This document shows, in pieces, positions 35,660 to 44,182 of a DNA stretch of 64,000 nucleotides (position 1 is its first letter; each line of letters opens with the position of its first letter). The DNA comes from an uncultured Gammaproteobacteria bacterium (GTDB taxonomy: Bacteria > Patescibacteriota > Microgenomatia > Daviesbacterales > UBA10151). Position numbers and translations under genes: made by a program. The notes under the pieces are model-generated. The model was not told the origin of the DNA. It saw only the letters and a program-made list of their open reading frames with translations, and ran no database searches. The stretch lies in assembly GCA_964625535.1 (NCBI GenBank), contig CAZVEX010000001.1, positions 64,295 through 128,294 on the forward strand, in the 5' to 3' direction.

Positions 35660-36634
35660 ATGACAGAAATACCCATAATTACGATTGGCGAAATGGTTAT
35701 CGACATGATTCATGAAGGGGGAGACCCCCAAGTTTTAGGGGATAGATTTTTAGCTGTACCAGGCGGTGCTCCGGCAAATGTTGCAATTGGCGTTTCAAGA
35801 CTTGGAGTAACTGCAGGTTTTATAGGAATCGTTGGGAAAGATTATTTTGGAGATCAACTGGTACGTGTTTTAAGAGAAAACAGTGTTGACACAGGTAGTG
35901 TTTTTCAGGCTGATGATGGGAGAACTACTGAGGTTAAAATTTTCCCGGGGGATGATGGAAAGAAACAAATTGAGTATAGCGGGGCGCCTGCGCATAAGTT
36001 ATTAAGTCCGGAGCATATTATTCCGGATTACTTTAAAGGTGTTAAATTCTTACATTTTTGTTCGGTTAGCCTAGCGAAAGAACTTACATATCAGGCAACA
36101 ATGAAAGCAGTAAGAATAGCTCAAGAAAGGGGTGCGATAATTTCTTTTGATCCTAATCATCGTCCGCCTGCTTGGTCGGATCAAGAACTGGCTAGGCAAA
36201 GGATTTGGGAGGGGATTAGAAAAGCAGATATTATCAAAATAAGCGATGAAGAATTACCTTTCATTGCGGAAGATGATGATACTGAAAAAGGGGTTAATAA
36301 AATATTAGCCCATTCCGACGCCGAAATTGTAATTGCAACAATGGCAGAAAAAGGAGCTTACTATAAAACCAGGAGAGGATTCGAAGCATACATTCAGGGA
36401 TTTCAAGTAGAAGTGGTGGAAGTTACTGGTGCGGGGGATGCGTTTTCTGCCTCGGTATTAGCAGATATTCATAAAAGAGGAGTAACTGGGAATCTTCATA
36501 GTCTATCGGAAAATGATTGGAGAGGTGTTATTACCAGAGCTAATGGTGCGGGAGCGTTGGCTGTTACAAAAAGGGGAGCGATACCTGCTTTACCAACAGA
36601 AAAAGAGTTGAATGATTTTCTCAATAACAGGTGA
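35660..36634 (+). CDS. PfkB-family carbohydrate kinase (fructokinase-like)
   Basis: AVPGGAPANVAIGVSRLG; DPNHRP; anion-hole VTGAGDAFSASVL; 324 aa. Confidence 0.75.
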   Translation: MTEIPIITIGEMVIDMIHEGGDPQVLGDRFLAVPGGAPANVAIGVSRLGVTAGFIGIVGKDYFGDQLVRVLRENSVDTGSVFQADDGRTTEVKIFPGDDGKKQIEYSGAPAHKLLSPEHIIPDYFKGVKFLHFCSVSLAKELTYQATMKAVRIAQERGAIISFDPNHRPPAWSDQELARQRIWEGIRKADIIKISDEELPFIAEDDDTEKGVNKILAHSDAEIVIATMAEKGAYYKTRRGFEAYIQGFQVEVVEVTGAGDAFSASVLADIHKRGVTGNLHSLSENDWRGVITRANGAGALAVTKRGAIPALPTEKELNDFLNNR

Positions 36635-36648
36635 TAGAATAGGTTTAA

Positions 36649-38238
36649 ATGAATAAATACAAAGTTTTAATTACAACATCCGGTTTGGGGCAGAGATTGG
36701 GGGAGTTGACTCAATATACAAATAAGTCACTAATCAGAGTCGGTAAAAAACCTATCTTGTCTTACATCATTGAGGCCTATCCTAAAGATACCGAATTTGT
36801 TATCACTGTCGGATATTTCGCAGACCAGATTAAAGATTTTATTAAAATCGCCTATCCCAATTTAAAGGTTACTTTTGTTCCGGTTGATAAATATCAGGGG
36901 CCTGGGACCAGTTTGGGTTATTCCATGCTTCAGGCCAAAAAATATCTGCAGTGTCCCTTTATATTCCATTGTAACGATACCATAGTTTCGGAAACTATCC
37001 CTATTCCTGATAAAAATTGGAATGGAGGGTTTAAAGGAGATTCATCTGCCAACTATTCCACATTTTCCCTGTCAAAAGACAAGGTGGGGTTAATAAACGA
37101 CAAAGGCGCGCTTGATTTTGACTTTATTCATATCGGACTTGTGGGTATTAAAGACTATGAATCGTTTTGGTACAACCTTGAATCATTAATTTTGGGTTCT
37201 TTATATAAGGATCTCCAAGATACTTCTTTAAATGATTGCAAGGTGATAAATTTAATGATCGGACAGGGTAAGGATTTTGTTGTTGAGGAGTTTACCAGCT
37301 GGTTAGATACGGGTAATGCTGATGGATTAAACAAAGCAAGAGAAAAGCTGTCAGACGGTTTTTATAATCTGGATAAATCGGGAGAATCTATTTTCATTTT
37401 TCCTAAATTTGTTATCAAATTTTATTTTGATAAAGAGTTAGTTGAAAAAAAGATTAAAAGGGCAAAAGTCCTAAAAGGTTTAGTTCCGGATATTGAGAAA
37501 TCAGTTGGTAATTTCTTTAGATATAAGTATATAGAAGGAGATCTTTATTCAGGAAGCGTCACAGTTTCGGATTTTGAAAAATTCCTCAACTGGTGTAAGA
37601 AAAATTTGTGGATTAAGAAAAATATTTTACCGGATAAAAAATTCAGGGAGCTTTGCGGCAATTTTTATATAGACAAAACAAAACAAAGGGTTCAGAAATT
37701 CTTAGAAATTACTAAAGTCGAAGATAAAGAGGAGATTATTAACGGAGATAAAGTGCCTTCTGTTACCGGGATGCTCAAAGAAATTGATTTTGCCTGGCTT
37801 TCCGCAGGAATTCAAAGCCTTATGCATGGAGATTTAGTTTTGGAAAATATTATCAAGACAAAGAGCGGTTATCAACTGCTTGACTGGAGGCAGGATTTTG
37901 GAGGAAATCTGGAAATCGGCGATATGTATTATGATTTAGCAAATTTAAATAAGAACTTTACGCTCAATCATGAATTAGTTGATAAGGGACACTTTATTGT
38001 TGAAAACAAAAGTAAGGATGTAAAGTGTGATATCCTGGAAAGCCATAATCTGGTTGAATGTCAGCAGATTTTGTGGCGTTTTATTCAAAAAGAAGGACTT
38101 GATCTTAAAAAAGTAAAAGTTTTAACAGCTCTCAAATGGCTTTCTATGTCCCCTTTGCACCCAACCCCTGTAAATTTTAATTTATTCCTTTATTATTTTG
38201 GAAAACTAAATTTATTTAGAGCGCTCAAACAAGAATGA
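36649..38238 (+). CDS. Bifunctional activation enzyme: N-terminal sugar-/aminoalcohol-phosphate nucleotidyltransferase fused to C-terminal APH/choline-kinase-fold kinase
   Basis: N-term VLITTSGLGQRLGELTQYTNKSLIRVGKKPIL (RmlA/GlmU-like G-x-G-x-R-L); C-term Brenner/APH motifs HGDLVLENII and LDWRQDFGGNLEIGDMYYDLA. Confidence 0.65.
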   Translation: MNKYKVLITTSGLGQRLGELTQYTNKSLIRVGKKPILSYIIEAYPKDTEFVITVGYFADQIKDFIKIAYPNLKVTFVPVDKYQGPGTSLGYSMLQAKKYLQCPFIFHCNDTIVSETIPIPDKNWNGGFKGDSSANYSTFSLSKDKVGLINDKGALDFDFIHIGLVGIKDYESFWYNLESLILGSLYKDLQDTSLNDCKVINLMIGQGKDFVVEEFTSWLDTGNADGLNKAREKLSDGFYNLDKSGESIFIFPKFVIKFYFDKELVEKKIKRAKVLKGLVPDIEKSVGNFFRYKYIEGDLYSGSVTVSDFEKFLNWCKKNLWIKKNILPDKKFRELCGNFYIDKTKQRVQKFLEITKVEDKEEIINGDKVPSVTGMLKEIDFAWLSAGIQSLMHGDLVLENIIKTKSGYQLLDWRQDFGGNLEIGDMYYDLANLNKNFTLNHELVDKGHFIVENKSKDVKCDILESHNLVECQQILWRFIQKEGLDLKKVKVLTALKWLSMSPLHPTPVNFNLFLYYFGKLNLFRALKQE

Positions 38239-38750
38239 AAAATTTTATCATTGATGTTGACGGATGTTTAACAACCGGACAATTTTTTTATTCCGCAAAA
38301 GGGAAAATTTATAAGGTTTTCGGGCCGGATGACGCGGATGCTTTATCAATTTTAAAAAGTAAAATTTATATTCACATGATTTCCGGCGATAAAAGAGGAT
38401 ACCCTATTACCAAGAAAAGAATTGAAGATATGAAATTTCCCTTAAATTTAGTAAGCACCTTCGAGAGACTAAAATGGATAGAAGGGAGATTTGATTTAAA
38501 AGAGACAATTTATATGGGTGACGGTATTTACGATGCACTGGTGTTTGAGAAGGTTGGTTACAGCATTGCCCCGGCCAACGCTTTTTTTATTGCCAAACAA
38601 AAGGCTGATTTTGTAACACAAGCTAAAGGTGGGGAAGGAGCTGTAGCCGAGGCCTGCTTGCATATCATGGAAAAATTCTTTGAACCGTTTGATTTATCGA
38701 AGATAGATTTATCTTCTGGTTCAGGAGCTTGGGATAATCTTAAAGTCTAG
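38235..38750 (+). CDS. HAD-IIIA phosphatase, KdsC/GmhB-like sugar-phosphate phosphatase
   Basis: FIIDVDGCLTTG (DxDG motif I), IHMISGDKRG, YMGDGIYDAL, VTQAKGGEGAVAEAC matches the KdsC family closely; 171 aa; ATGA overlap with upstream gene. Confidence 0.7.
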   Translation: MKNFIIDVDGCLTTGQFFYSAKGKIYKVFGPDDADALSILKSKIYIHMISGDKRGYPITKKRIEDMKFPLNLVSTFERLKWIEGRFDLKETIYMGDGIYDALVFEKVGYSIAPANAFFIAKQKADFVTQAKGGEGAVAEACLHIMEKFFEPFDLSKIDLSSGSGAWDNLKV

Positions 38751-39713
38751 ATAAGAATGGCTTCTTAAACGCCTTTTCAACAATATAGAGCTTATTTTTT
38801 TACCCAAGATTTTTGTATACCTTAAGATAAATCCAGGCATAATAAATATTACTCTGTAAAGAAATTTATTTGTAGCCTTATCCCGTAAACACTCCTCAAA
38901 GTATTTTTTTACTAACTTTGGGTTATGCGAATATATTTTATAATTAATAAGTTCAAGAAGGTTAGTTTTATTTCGGAATTTTCTCCCAATAAGATAAAAG
39001 CTTTTTCTAACCCCCTCACTGCTGGAAACTGTCTCATCATAAATATTTAATGCAAGTTGATTATGTTCGGTTTTAGCAAATAAGGTAATTTTGTCTGGCA
39101 AAAAAAGTAGTTTTTTTTGGATCAATATTTTCAGAAGAGGTGCAATAAATGGACTTACCAAATCATTGTAAGGACTTGTATTCGGCTCAAAAAGGTCGTT
39201 TTTGTACAGTTGTCCCGAATAAAAATCAACATGGAATGGGAATGCTTTATCAAGTTCTGATAGATGTTGTAAGGCTTTGATTTGTTTTTGGGTGTATGTA
39301 TAGACTTGTGTTATATTCCTGACAGAGCCTACAAAGGTAGCAAAACCACCCCGTACGAGATGTACGCCGGAGTCGGTTTGCATCAACTGGAATAAATCTG
39401 CAATAACAGTAGGGTATGCAAGCACATCGTCGTCACTTAAGAGGAATGTATACCGAAAACCTAAATTTTTAACATATTGCGTAGCATAGCGAAAATTGTT
39501 TGCAAATCCTATATTTTTTTTATGGCGAATATAAGTTACATTATTTTTTGGAATAACTGTTTCAAGTGATTTATCCGAGGCATTATCGAAAATAAAGACA
39601 TGAAGTTTCACCCCTTTCTGTTTAAGAACAGAGTTGAGGGCAAGCTGAAACTCTTCGTAACGGTTATGTGTCAGGATAATAACCGCGATTCCATCTTTTT
39701 TTCTTTGTCTCAT
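38721..39713 (-). CDS. GT2 glycosyltransferase
   Basis: Start at MRQRKKDGIAVIILTHNRYEE (ATG rc 39711-39713) rather than 39761, which would leave only 6 bp to the divergent gene; ...VFIFDNASD; 30-bp overlap with convergent gene end. Confidence 0.75.
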   Translation of the reverse strand: MRQRKKDGIAVIILTHNRYEEFQLALNSVLKQKGVKLHVFIFDNASDKSLETVIPKNNVTYIRHKKNIGFANNFRYATQYVKNLGFRYTFLLSDDDVLAYPTVIADLFQLMQTDSGVHLVRGGFATFVGSVRNITQVYTYTQKQIKALQHLSELDKAFPFHVDFYSGQLYKNDLFEPNTSPYNDLVSPFIAPLLKILIQKKLLFLPDKITLFAKTEHNQLALNIYDETVSSSEGVRKSFYLIGRKFRNKTNLLELINYKIYSHNPKLVKKYFEECLRDKATNKFLYRVIFIMPGFILRYTKILGKKISSILLKRRLRSHSYLDFKIIPSS

Positions 39714-39720
39714 ACAGAAG

Positions 39721-39726
39721 ATTATA
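39721..39726 (-). promoter_or_regulatory. -10 box TATAAT (minus strand) 7 nt upstream of proposed GT2 start 39713
   Basis: minus-strand gacctgTATAATcttctgtATG. Confidence 0.3.
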
Positions 39727-39767
39727 CAGGTCTGATCAAAAATATGATAATATTTGTTCAATAAAAA

Positions 39768-40547
39768 ATGAAAGTTATTATTCTTTGTGGTGGTGCAGGC
39801 ACAAGATTAAAAGAAGAAACAGAATTCAAGCCAAAACCCATGGTGTATGTTGGAAACCAGCCTATCATATGGCATATCATGAAAATTTATTCTCACTTCG
39901 GATTCAACGAATTTATTCTGGCGTTAGGATATAAAGCAGAATACATTAAGGATTTTTTTCTTAACCAGAAAGCATTAACATCTGATTTTACTCTGAATAC
40001 CTCAAATTACAAAACAATTTATCACACAGATAGTAGAAAAAATCCAGATCATTTTAAAATTACATTTGTTGATACAGGTGTAGAAACTTTAATTGGAGAA
40101 CGAATCTTAATGTGCAAAAAGTACATTCCCGTTAAAGACAAATTATTTATGGTTACTTATGGTGATGGAGTTGCAAATGTAAATATTAAGGAAATTATTA
40201 GATTCCATAAGAAAAAAAAGACACTAGGTACAATAACCGGTGTTCATCCAAGATCAAAGTTTGGTCTTATTAAATTGGAAAAAGGTGGACTTGTTAAATC
40301 ATTCGTAGAAAAACCAGTATTGAATGATTGGGTAAACGGTGGCTTTATGGTTTTTAATAAGAAATTTTTTGATTTTATAAACCCCGGTGAGATGGAACAT
40401 GAGGCACTCAAAAGGATTGCTACAAAAAACGGTCTGGCCCTTTATAAACATAAAGGTTTTTGGTTTGCAGTTGATACTTATAGGGAACTTGAAGAGTTAA
40501 ATAAAATATGGGAAAGCGGTAATCCTCCCTGGAAAATATGGACATGA
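39768..40547 (+). CDS. rfbF: Glucose-1-phosphate cytidylyltransferase (RfbF/DdhA)
   Basis: MKVIILCGGAGTRLKEETEFKPKPMVYVGNQPIIWHIMKIYSHFGFNEFILALGYKAEYIKDFF is the characteristic RfbF N-terminus; 259 aa. Confidence 0.85.
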   Translation: MKVIILCGGAGTRLKEETEFKPKPMVYVGNQPIIWHIMKIYSHFGFNEFILALGYKAEYIKDFFLNQKALTSDFTLNTSNYKTIYHTDSRKNPDHFKITFVDTGVETLIGERILMCKKYIPVKDKLFMVTYGDGVANVNIKEIIRFHKKKKTLGTITGVHPRSKFGLIKLEKGGLVKSFVEKPVLNDWVNGGFMVFNKKFFDFINPGEMEHEALKRIATKNGLALYKHKGFWFAVDTYRELEELNKIWESGNPPWKIWT

Positions 40548-41572
40548 GAAGAATTTTAGTAACCGGCTCGGATGGTTATATTGGAGCGGTTCTGATTAAT
40601 AAATTATTGGAAAAAGGATATGAAGTTACAGGCTTAGATACTCTTTTCTTTAAGAACTCAGTTCTAGGTAATTATAATCCCAAATATAGACTCATAAAAT
40701 CAGATATACGGCAAATTCAAAATATAAATTTGTCTAAATTTGATGCAATAATCCACCTTGCAGCTTTATCAAATGACCCAATGGGTGAGATAGACCCGGA
40801 TCTGACAGAAGAAATAAATTACAGGGCAACTATAAAACTTGCAAAAAAGGCCAAAAAAGATCGAGTCAAAAGATTCATTTTTTCTTCATCCTGTAGCATT
40901 TATGGTAAATCTGAACAGGAAATAGTTGATGAAAATTCCAATATCAATCCTTTGACTGCTTATGCAAAATCTAAAATTGATTCGGAGAATGAGCTAAAAA
41001 AACTTGCAGATAAAAATTTCTGTGTATGTTTACCTCGGAACTCAACTGTCTATGGATATTCTCCAAAATTTAGGGATGATTTAGTAGTTAATAATCTTAT
41101 AACCCCTGCAATAGCTCTAAAAAAAATTTTTGTCAAAAGCGATGGGAGTCCTTGGCGTCCTCTTATTGACGTTAGGGATCTTGCTAATATTTTTATAAAT
41201 TTTTTAGAGATAGATAGTTATTTAGTAAATGGGCAGGTAATTAATATTGGCTTTAATGATAGTAATTATCAAGTTAATGATATTTTAAAAATAATTAAGG
41301 AACAGGTTCCTCAATGTGAAGTTATTTATACCGGTGAACATAGAGCTGATACAAGAAGCTACAGAGTTTCTTTCGATAAATTTATTTCACTTTTTCCTAA
41401 TATTAGACGGGAATGGCCATTACAAAAATCAACAAGAGATTTAATTGATAAATTAGAAAAATCAATGTTTAATGAGAAAGATTTAAATTCAAATAAATAC
41501 TCCAGAATAGAGGTTTTAAAAAGATTAATCTCGGATAAGAAAGTGGATAAAAAACTTTTTTGGATTCATTAA
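40538..41572 (+). CDS. CDP-glucose 4,6-dehydratase-like extended SDR (RfbG/DdhB-like)
   Basis: ILVTGSDGYIGAVLINKLLEKGYEVTGLD; Y-x3-K YAKSKIDSE; directly downstream of rfbF with 10-nt overlap. Confidence 0.65.
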   Translation: MDMRRILVTGSDGYIGAVLINKLLEKGYEVTGLDTLFFKNSVLGNYNPKYRLIKSDIRQIQNINLSKFDAIIHLAALSNDPMGEIDPDLTEEINYRATIKLAKKAKKDRVKRFIFSSSCSIYGKSEQEIVDENSNINPLTAYAKSKIDSENELKKLADKNFCVCLPRNSTVYGYSPKFRDDLVVNNLITPAIALKKIFVKSDGSPWRPLIDVRDLANIFINFLEIDSYLVNGQVINIGFNDSNYQVNDILKIIKEQVPQCEVIYTGEHRADTRSYRVSFDKFISLFPNIRREWPLQKSTRDLIDKLEKSMFNEKDLNSNKYSRIEVLKRLISDKKVDKKLFWIH

Positions 41573-42502
41573 ATGAATATTTTAATAACCGGCGGGACAG
41601 GCTTCATCGGTAGTCATCTTACCTTTAGACTGTTATCTTTGGGGCATAAAATAACCGTCTTAAAAAGACCAACATCAGATATCTGGCGAATAAAAGAAAT
41701 TGCCAGAAAAATAAATATTATAGATCTTGAATCTTTTAAAAATCTAGAATCTGTATTTATAAATAACAACCTCGATACAGTTATTCACTTGGCAACTGCA
41801 TATATAAAACATTCTGACAGGAGAAAAGAAATTAATCAAATGAAAAATACAAACATAACTTTCCCGTCTTTGCTGCTTAATTTTGCCATTAAAAATAAAG
41901 TTAAATATTTTATTAACACAGGCACTTGTTTTGAATACAAGCTCTCAGATACAAAAATAGATGAAAATCATAAAATATCCCCATATAATTTTTATGCCTC
42001 TACAAAAATAGCTTTTGAAGTCCTACTTAAATCTTTTGTAGAAAAAAATTACATCAGAGGAATTACCCTGAAATTATTTTACCCATATGGAGAAAAGGAT
42101 AACAATAAGGTGATTCCTCTAATGATTAAAGCTATTTTAAAAAAAGAGAAATTAAACTTAACTAAAGGTGAGCAAGAATTGGACTTTACCTATGTTGATG
42201 ATATTGTGGAGGCTTACATAAAAGCTCTTAGCTTTATTTCTTCAATAAAATATAAAAAGTATGAAGTTTTTAATATTGGAACAGATGAAGTATATAAACT
42301 AAAAAATATCGGTAAACTGTTAGAGAATTTGAGTGGAAATTATAAAAGTTTAAATTTTTCTAACCCCTATCCTTTAGATGAAATAATGTATATGTCTTGC
42401 AATTATAAAAAGGCAATGAAATTATTGAATTGGAAACCCGAAACAAGTATAATAAACGGAATAACAAAGACCTATGAGTCTTATTTAGAAAGCCTGAAAT
42501 GA
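41573..42502 (+). CDS. SDR nucleotide-sugar reductase/epimerase (CDP-paratose/abequose-synthase-like position)
   Basis: ILITGGTGFIGSHLTFRL; Y-x3-K YASTKIAFE; start codon abuts upstream stop. Confidence 0.65.
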   Translation: MNILITGGTGFIGSHLTFRLLSLGHKITVLKRPTSDIWRIKEIARKINIIDLESFKNLESVFINNNLDTVIHLATAYIKHSDRRKEINQMKNTNITFPSLLLNFAIKNKVKYFINTGTCFEYKLSDTKIDENHKISPYNFYASTKIAFEVLLKSFVEKNYIRGITLKLFYPYGEKDNNKVIPLMIKAILKKEKLNLTKGEQELDFTYVDDIVEAYIKALSFISSIKYKKYEVFNIGTDEVYKLKNIGKLLENLSGNYKSLNFSNPYPLDEIMYMSCNYKKAMKLLNWKPETSIINGITKTYESYLESLK

Positions 42503-42951
42503 TCGATGGAGTAAAAATCAAAAATTTAAAGAAAATCCCTGATGAAAGAGGAACTGTAATGCATATGCTAAGAAGTGATGATCCTGAATTTAAAAAATTT
42601 GGGGAAATTTATTTTACCACAGCTTACCCGCAAGTGATAAAAGGTTGGCATCTTCATTCCAAAATGACTTTAAACTATGTGGTAATTTCAGGAATGATAA
42701 AACTTGTTTTATACGATGACAGAAAGGAGTCAAAAACTAAAGGGGAAATAATGGAGTTATTTTTAGGTGAAGATAATTATTCCTTGGTCACAATACCACC
42801 TCTTGTTTGGAATGGATTTAAGGTTATTGGAGGTAAAACCGCAATTTTGGCAAATTGTCCGGATTTACCGCATGATCCTAAAGAGATGAAGAGATTGGAT
42901 CCATTAAAGAATAGCGTTATTCCCTATAATTGGGGCATTAAGCTAAAATAA
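42499..42951 (+). CDS. Small cupin nucleotide-sugar epimerase/ketoisomerase (RmlC/FdtA-like)
   Basis: 150 aa; GEIYFTTAYPQVIKGWHLHSKMTLNYVVISGMIKLVLYDD cupin core; 4-nt overlap with upstream SDR. Confidence 0.55.
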   Translation: MIDGVKIKNLKKIPDERGTVMHMLRSDDPEFKKFGEIYFTTAYPQVIKGWHLHSKMTLNYVVISGMIKLVLYDDRKESKTKGEIMELFLGEDNYSLVTIPPLVWNGFKVIGGKTAILANCPDLPHDPKEMKRLDPLKNSVIPYNWGIKLK

Positions 42952-42952
42952 T

Positions 42953-44182
42953 ATGCGCTCAAAATCCCCAAAAGATGATTTACGGGTTAGCTATGCTAAA
43001 GCCGTACATGGCGAGGCGGAGAAAAAAAGAGTAATAGCTGTTCTGGATGAGCACAGAACAATAATGGGTCAAGAAATTAATGAATTTGAAGAAAGAGTAA
43101 GTAAGTTTTTCGGTCGCAAATACGGAGTAATGATTAATTCAGGTTCCTCTGCAAATTTACTTGCCCTAGAAATTCTAAATTTTCCCGAAGGTTCTGAAAT
43201 AATTACCCCTCTTTTAACATTCTCAACAACTGTTGCTCCAATTGTACAAAAAAAACTTATACCGGTCTTTGCTGATGTTGAAAATGGAAGCTATCAAATA
43301 AATGTGGATCAAATTGAGAAACTAGTTACCATAAAAACTAGAGCCTTAATGATTCCTCTTCTTTTAGGAAATGTTCCTGATCTTGAAAGATTACATCATC
43401 TTGCCAGAAAGAAAAAGTTAATTCTGATAGAAGATTCTTGTGATACATTTGCAGCAATTTTTAATGGTAAACCAACCAGTAGTTTTAGCGATATTACAAC
43501 AACCAGTTTTTATGGTTCACATATAATAACTGCGGGGGGAGGAGGAGGGATGATTATGATGGATAATATGAAATGGAGAGATAAGGCTAAAGTTTTTAGA
43601 GGATGGGGTAGAAGTTCTTCTATATTTGGTGAATCAGAAAGTATTGCAATCCGCTTTAAAGCAAAAATTGGAAATATTCCATATGATGCTAAGTTTGTTT
43701 TTAGTGAACCTGGCTATAATTTTTTACCCATAGAGATGTGTGCCGCATTTGGTAATGCTCAACTAGATAAAATAAAGGACTTTAGAAAATTGCGTGAATA
43801 TAATTTTAAAAGACTATATATTTTTTTTAGAAAATATTCGAACTTTTTTGAATTACCCATACAAGATAAAAGGGTAAAAACTTGGTGGCTTTCGTTTCCT
43901 CTAACAATAAAACCAAACGCTCCGTTCACCAGAATTGAAATTATGACATATTTGGAGAAAAATAATATACAAACAAGGCCAATTTTCACGGGAAATGTAT
44001 TAAAACAACCGGGATTTAAAAAAATTCCTCACAGATTGCTTGCCGGATATGATTACCCGATTACTAATGAGATAATGAAGCAAGGGTTTGTTATAGGTTG
44101 TCATCATGGTTTGACAGATAAACATCTTGAAAAGATTGAGCGAATTTTTACGCTATTTTTAAATGAATGTGTTTCATTTTGA
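42953..44182 (+). CDS. DegT-family enzyme with His replacing PLP Lys: predicted PMP-dependent 4-keto-6-deoxy-sugar 3-dehydratase (E1/DdhC/ColD-like)
   Basis: TTSFYGSHIITAGGGGGM aligns to canonical SF(H/Y)xxKxx...GEGG with K->H as in ColD/E1; last gene of rfbF-led operon. Confidence 0.6.
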   Translation: MRSKSPKDDLRVSYAKAVHGEAEKKRVIAVLDEHRTIMGQEINEFEERVSKFFGRKYGVMINSGSSANLLALEILNFPEGSEIITPLLTFSTTVAPIVQKKLIPVFADVENGSYQINVDQIEKLVTIKTRALMIPLLLGNVPDLERLHHLARKKKLILIEDSCDTFAAIFNGKPTSSFSDITTTSFYGSHIITAGGGGGMIMMDNMKWRDKAKVFRGWGRSSSIFGESESIAIRFKAKIGNIPYDAKFVFSEPGYNFLPIEMCAAFGNAQLDKIKDFRKLREYNFKRLYIFFRKYSNFFELPIQDKRVKTWWLSFPLTIKPNAPFTRIEIMTYLEKNNIQTRPIFTGNVLKQPGFKKIPHRLLAGYDYPITNEIMKQGFVIGCHHGLTDKHLEKIERIFTLFLNECVSF

